64,000 nucleotides of DNA. Origin: Dehalococcoidia bacterium. GTDB taxonomy: Bacteria; Chloroflexota; Dehalococcoidia; UBA2979. Of this stretch, positions 60,044 to 64,000 are shown piece by piece (the stretch's first letter is position 1; each line of letters starts with the position of its first letter). The translations under genes and the position numbers were made by a program. The stretch lies in contig OZ253555.1 of assembly GCA_965262725.1 (NCBI GenBank), positions 3,392,001-3,456,000 of the forward strand, read 5' to 3'. Below the pieces are notes generated by a model that saw nothing but the letters and a program-made list of their open reading frames with translations, was not told where the DNA came from and ran no database searches.

Positions 60044-60119
60044 TGGAGCGGGAGAAGGGATTCGAACCCTCGGCCCTCTGCTTGGGAAGCAGATGCTCTG
60101 CCGACTGAGCTACTCCCGC
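60044..60119 (-). tRNA. tRNA-Gly(CCC)
   Basis: GCGGGAG acceptor, TCTGC-TTCCCAA-GCAGA anticodon arm, TTCGAAT, TCCA end; 76 nt. Confidence 0.97.
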
Positions 60120-60353
60120 GTCCGCGAGCGAGGGCTGGGATTCCGCCGCGGCGACGCCGAGCGGCAACCGAGCGCAAGCACAATGGCCGGCGCGCCCAGC
60201 CGAGCCCGCACGCATCCTAGCAGGCGCCACTACCGGCAGTCGTGCCATCCGAGCTCGCTCGCTTCACGTGAGACGCACGGTTGCAGGCTGTACTCGGCAA
60301 CTCATCCGGGGGGTGCAGCGCCGATGGCGCGCGGTAGCCTCCGGCCACTACAC

Positions 60354-60396
60354 AAAAAACGAACCGCGCACCCCGTGTACTCGGGCTGCGCGGCTC
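60354..60396 (-). terminator. Intrinsic terminator
   Basis: GAGCCGCGCAGCCCG / CGGGGTGCGCGGTTC followed by GTTTTTT. Confidence 0.8.
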
Positions 60397-60466
60397 TGAG
60401 CCGACCATGAGCTGCCCGCCCCGGAAGCTTCGAGCAGCTTCGCTTCCGTGGCGCCCCCGCCGACCT
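60354..60466 (-). ncRNA. Candidate structured RNA with pseudoknot and intrinsic terminator, class unrecognised
   Basis: Closing stem, 11-bp hairpin whose loop is complementary to the following strand, then terminator; TATCCT -10-like box at 60473-78. Confidence 0.5.
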
Positions 60467-60603
60467 GATCGCAGGATAGTGCACCGGCGCGGCGATTGTG
60501 GGACGCCCAAGCCCCAACTTCTCCACAGTCCCCGAACAAGTCATCGACTGCCCCGCCGATGGATATGGGCGCGCAGCACGAGCGTCTTGTTACGCCAGGC
60601 CGG

Positions 60604-61425
60604 CTAGACTCCCGAATCTTGCAGGAACGCGAGGATCGCCTGCGCCCACGGCTCCGGGTCGCGGTTCTCCAGGCGCACGCCACGCGAGCGCGGGATCGTG
60701 GCGAGGAACTTCTCGTGAGCGCGCCCGCGCTCGCTGTCCTCGGTATGCATCACCAGGGTCGGAGCCGCGATCGTGGGAGTCGCGTCCCACGTCTCGTAGC
60801 GGCACATCGCGTAGGTCGCCGCGCCCTCCCAGCCGGTGGAGCCGTAGACCTCCGCTCCCTCGTCCGAGTTGACCATCAGGTTGCTGACGAGCCACTCGGT
60901 AACCCGGCCGAGGTCCGCGCCCTCGCGGTTCCCGCCCACCTTGTTCCACAGCTCGATCAGGTGACTCCCGTCCGGCTGCTCGGGGATGTAGCGGTGGACA
61001 CGCTCGTGGACGGCGCGTCTCGCCGGCGTGTTCCAGTTGAAGACTTCCTCCACGACTAGCCTGTCGACCCGGTCCGGCCAGCCCGCCGCGACCTCGAGGG
61101 CGATCTGCGAGCCGGTCAGCAGGCCGTAGACGTTCGCCTGCTCGAGTCCGAGACCATCGAGCAGCCACACCACCGCCTGTGCGAACTCGGTGAGCGTCGT
61201 GTAGGGGGCGGGGGGCCGGTCGGACTGCCCGAAGCCCATCGTCGACATGGAGATGATGCGAGCATCGGCGGCGAGCAGCGGAGCGACGTCCCTGAACGCC
61301 ATGCACGTGCCGGGCGTCGGGTGCAGCATCACGAGCGGATCGCCCGTGCCCATCTCGAAGTACTCGATATTCCCGTGTGGGCTCAGCACGAATCCGCGCT
61401 TCAGGCCCGCTGCCGCCGTCACCAT
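60604..61425 (-). CDS. Alpha/beta-fold protein with non-canonical elbow (GLLTG)
   Basis: MLHPTP, GFGQSD, YGLLTGSQIA, IAAPTLV. Confidence 0.85.
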   Translation of the reverse strand: MVTAAAGLKRGFVLSPHGNIEYFEMGTGDPLVMLHPTPGTCMAFRDVAPLLAADARIISMSTMGFGQSDRPPAPYTTLTEFAQAVVWLLDGLGLEQANVYGLLTGSQIALEVAAGWPDRVDRLVVEEVFNWNTPARRAVHERVHRYIPEQPDGSHLIELWNKVGGNREGADLGRVTEWLVSNLMVNSDEGAEVYGSTGWEGAATYAMCRYETWDATPTIAAPTLVMHTEDSERGRAHEKFLATIPRSRGVRLENRDPEPWAQAILAFLQDSGV

Positions 61426-61481
61426 GTCGATCCTCCCCGGCTAGCGCTCTCGCCATCCTAGCTGACGGCGTAGCGGCCGCG

Positions 61482-62768
61482 TCAGGACGTACGCGAGATC
61501 CGCGACATCCCGAGCACGAAGAGGCCGAGCACGATCCCGCAGGTGCCGATGGTGGGACGGGCCCCGTACACATCGGTCAAGAGCGAGAGCGGCAGCACAC
61601 CTATCGGCAGCATCGAGAACGTCAGCATGTAGATGCTCATCACCCGCCCGTGGAACGCCGGCCGCGTCCTCGAGAGCACGGCGGTGGTGTTGAAGGAGAA
61701 GAACGCCATCGAGCAGAGGCCGACAATCACGAGCACGATGTTGGCGAGCCAGAAGTTCGGGGAGAAGGCAAAGGCAGCGAGGGCGGCACCGAAGCCGGCA
61801 CCGGCCACCACCTGGAAGTGCGGCGCGTTTTCATGGTCGGCGTAGTTCGCGACGAATAGGGAGCCGACGAGGGCGCCGATGCCGGCCGTCGTGTACATCA
61901 GTCCGAGTCCCTTCGGGTCGACCCCGAAGACCGTCTCCTGGAAGACGGGCAACAGCAGCTGGTAGGGGAAGCCGAGCACGATCGGGACCGCGGCGGTGAT
62001 GATCAGGGTGGCAACGAGCCGATTCTCGACGAAGACGTAGCGCAGGCCGCCGCGCATCTCCTCGAGCATTCCGGTAGGCGGTCGCGGCTCCGCCGGCCGG
62101 ATGTCGGCTGGACGGATCGAGGCGAGCAGTGCCACCACGCCGGTGAAGCAGACCGTCATCAATCCGTAGACCCAGGCGGCGCCAGCGGTGGCGAGCACGA
62201 CGCCCGCCACCGACGGTCCGATGATGAACGTGAGGTTCATGGCGGTGTTATTGAGGGCGATGGCGTTGCCGAGATCGCGCTCCTCGACCAGCTGCGGGAT
62301 CAGCGCCTGACGGGCCGGCCCGAGGACCGAGAACATCGTTCCCTGCCAGAGAGCCGCCAGAAAGAGGTGCCAGATCTCCAGGGCGCCGAACACGATTAGG
62401 AGCCCGACCGAGAGACCCATCACGCCCTGCCCCGCCTGGACAGCGATCAGCAGGCGGCGGCGATCGTAGCGGTCGGCGATCACGCCGCCGACGAGCGAGA
62501 GCAAGAGCATCGGCCCGGCCCAGCCGAGCGTGACCTGCCCGATGGCGGTCGCAGACCCCGTGAGCTGGAAGGCGAGCCAGCCACGCGTGACGAAGTTCAT
62601 CTGGTTGCCGAGGAATGCAACCATCTGGGCGAGCCACAGCAGACGGTATCCGCGGTACGAGAGCGAGCGGAACGTGCGTCGGAAGGCGGAGGGGGCGGGG
62701 GCGGGCGGGAGCGGCGAGGCCGGAGCTGCCTCGCCACGCTCCGGCTCCAGCATGGGATCAACCGCCAT
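61482..62768 (-). CDS. MFS transporter (MFS_3-like)
   Basis: GGVIADRYDRR, PARQALIP, HGRVMSIY. Confidence 0.9.
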   Translation of the reverse strand: MAVDPMLEPERGEAAPASPLPPAPAPSAFRRTFRSLSYRGYRLLWLAQMVAFLGNQMNFVTRGWLAFQLTGSATAIGQVTLGWAGPMLLLSLVGGVIADRYDRRRLLIAVQAGQGVMGLSVGLLIVFGALEIWHLFLAALWQGTMFSVLGPARQALIPQLVEERDLGNAIALNNTAMNLTFIIGPSVAGVVLATAGAAWVYGLMTVCFTGVVALLASIRPADIRPAEPRPPTGMLEEMRGGLRYVFVENRLVATLIITAAVPIVLGFPYQLLLPVFQETVFGVDPKGLGLMYTTAGIGALVGSLFVANYADHENAPHFQVVAGAGFGAALAAFAFSPNFWLANIVLVIVGLCSMAFFSFNTTAVLSRTRPAFHGRVMSIYMLTFSMLPIGVLPLSLLTDVYGARPTIGTCGIVLGLFVLGMSRISRTS

Positions 62769-62895
62769 CGCTCCGTCCAACCCACTTGTCAGACTACACC
62801 CGCGGCCCGCACCGCGAGTGCCGCTCCGGCGGCTAGAATCATCTCCTCCCGGGCACTCGGTACGGAGCTGCCCAGGCCGCGAGAGGAAGGGACCG

Positions 62896-63378
62896 ATGGC
62901 AGACGACCCGATCAGCGCCGCACTGTCCGAACAGGTCTACGGTCTCGTCGTGATCGGCTCGATCTCGGCGGAGGGCGAGCCAAACGGGATGACCGCGAAC
63001 TGGGTCACGCAGGTCTCCTTCGACCCGCGGATCGTTGCCATCGCCGTCCAGAACGACGCGCACACCCGGCGGAATGTCGACGAGACCGGGGTCTTCTCCG
63101 TCTCGATCCTTCCCGCCGTCCCCGCGGAGCTGGTGCTGAAGTTCACTCGCCGGTCGACCAGCGGCGAGAGGCGCCTCGAGGGGGAGCCCGTCTCCTCGTT
63201 TGGGAGCGGAACCCCGGTGCTCGACGCGGCCATCGCCTGGTACGAGTGCCGTGTGGTGGACCGGGCCGAGCCCGGTGACCACGTCGTCTACTTCGGCGAG
63301 GTGACTGGCGGCGCGCCGGGGCCAGCCGAGGGTGAGGCCACGACACTCGCGGCCGTCGGGATGAGCTACGCCGGGTAG
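62896..63378 (+). CDS. Flavin reductase-like protein
   Basis: NGMTANWVTQVSFDP, AWYECRV, GDHVVYFGEV. Confidence 0.92.
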   Translation: MADDPISAALSEQVYGLVVIGSISAEGEPNGMTANWVTQVSFDPRIVAIAVQNDAHTRRNVDETGVFSVSILPAVPAELVLKFTRRSTSGERRLEGEPVSSFGSGTPVLDAAIAWYECRVVDRAEPGDHVVYFGEVTGGAPGPAEGEATTLAAVGMSYAG

Positions 63379-63601
63379 GGACCACACGTGCGGCGGCGAG
63401 CGGGCGCGCCCACGCCGGGGACCTCTCGCGCGGCGCCTCTCGTGGCCCACTGGGATCGCGCAGTTCGGCGCGACCGGTCCTGGCTCTTCGCCTGACACTC
63501 GCCTGGCCCGCCGAGCGCCGTCGACGCGCGTCGTCCGAGCCGTCAGTCCCTTGTTGGTAGTCCACGCGGTGCTAGTGTGACGGCGCGGGAGGGGGTCGGG
63601 T

Positions 63602-64000
63602 GTGGCTCTGATCGAGACGACGAGCCTCACCAAGCGCTATCCCGCCGTCACCGCGCTCGACAGTCTCTCGCTCGAGATGGAGCCGGGCATCATCGGTCTG
63701 GTGGGGCCGAACGGCGCCGGCAAGAGCACGCTCATCAAGATCCTGCTCGGGCTGGTCGACGCGACTTCAGGCAGTGCCGAAGTACTCGGCCTCGACGTGG
63801 CGCGCGACGGGCTCCGCGTGCGGGAGCGCGTCGGATACATGCCGGAGCACGACTGCCTGCCGCCAGATCAGTCGGCGACCAACTTCGTGATCCACATGGC
63901 GCGAATGAGCGGCATCCCGCCCTCTGCCGCCCGCGAGCGCGCCGCCGAGGTGTTGCGCCACGTCGGGTTGTTCGAGGAGCGCTACCGCCACATCGGCGGC
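63602..64000 (+). CDS. ABC transporter ATP-binding protein (partial, runs off window)
   Basis: Own translation: LTKRY..ALDSLSL..GLVGPNGAGKSTL..VGYMPE. Confidence 0.92.
   Translation, partial: MALIETTSLTKRYPAVTALDSLSLEMEPGIIGLVGPNGAGKSTLIKILLGLVDATSGSAEVLGLDVARDGLRVRERVGYMPEHDCLPPDQSATNFVIHMARMSGIPPSAARERAAEVLRHVGLFEERYRHIGG

Noticed and set aside
60354-60560. SRP RNA, TPP riboswitch or raiA-motif RNA
   Set aside because: Only short word matches (TCAGGTC, ACCTGATC, CATGGTCGGCT); the remaining consensus elements are missing
1-64000. CRISPR array or cas genes
   Set aside because: No regularly spaced repeat-spacer series and no Cas motifs seen; only two-copy repeats

Overview
High-GC bacterial DNA. 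The gene content (paralogous acyl-CoA dehydrogenases, family III CoA-transferases, LLM and PPOX oxidoreductases, peptide-type ABC system) suggests Chloroflexota/Dehalococcoidia (SAR202/Tepidiforma-like); this is inference only. Layout: (i) 1-12.4 kb, a minus-strand catabolic operon with an Opp/Dpp-type ABC importer. (ii) 12.4-22.2 kb, intact hydrolases mixed with gene remnants and a tRNA-Ala 3' fragment. (iii) 22.2-35.1 kb, a decayed integrative/conjugative element: tRNA-Gly att fragment, integrase remnants, Replic_Relax-type and VirD4-like genes, an MmeI-like methylase tail, an intact DUF3800 gene with its own downstream structured small RNA, and nested IS21/IS110/IS3 elements, ending at tRNA-Ser. 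(iv) 35.5-63.4 kb, a paralog-rich acyl-CoA catabolic region with roughly mirror-image gene order around an IS6, plus intact tRNA-Gly(CCC). Best leads: the DUF3800 + promoter/loop-E RNA/terminator cassette; an intact IS110 whose bridge-RNA guide segments can be read against its own donor and target junctions, with 34 extra bp at one end; and an orphan pseudoknotted RNA with terminator upstream of tRNA-Gly. All family calls are by motif recognition and all folds are by eye; no searches were run.
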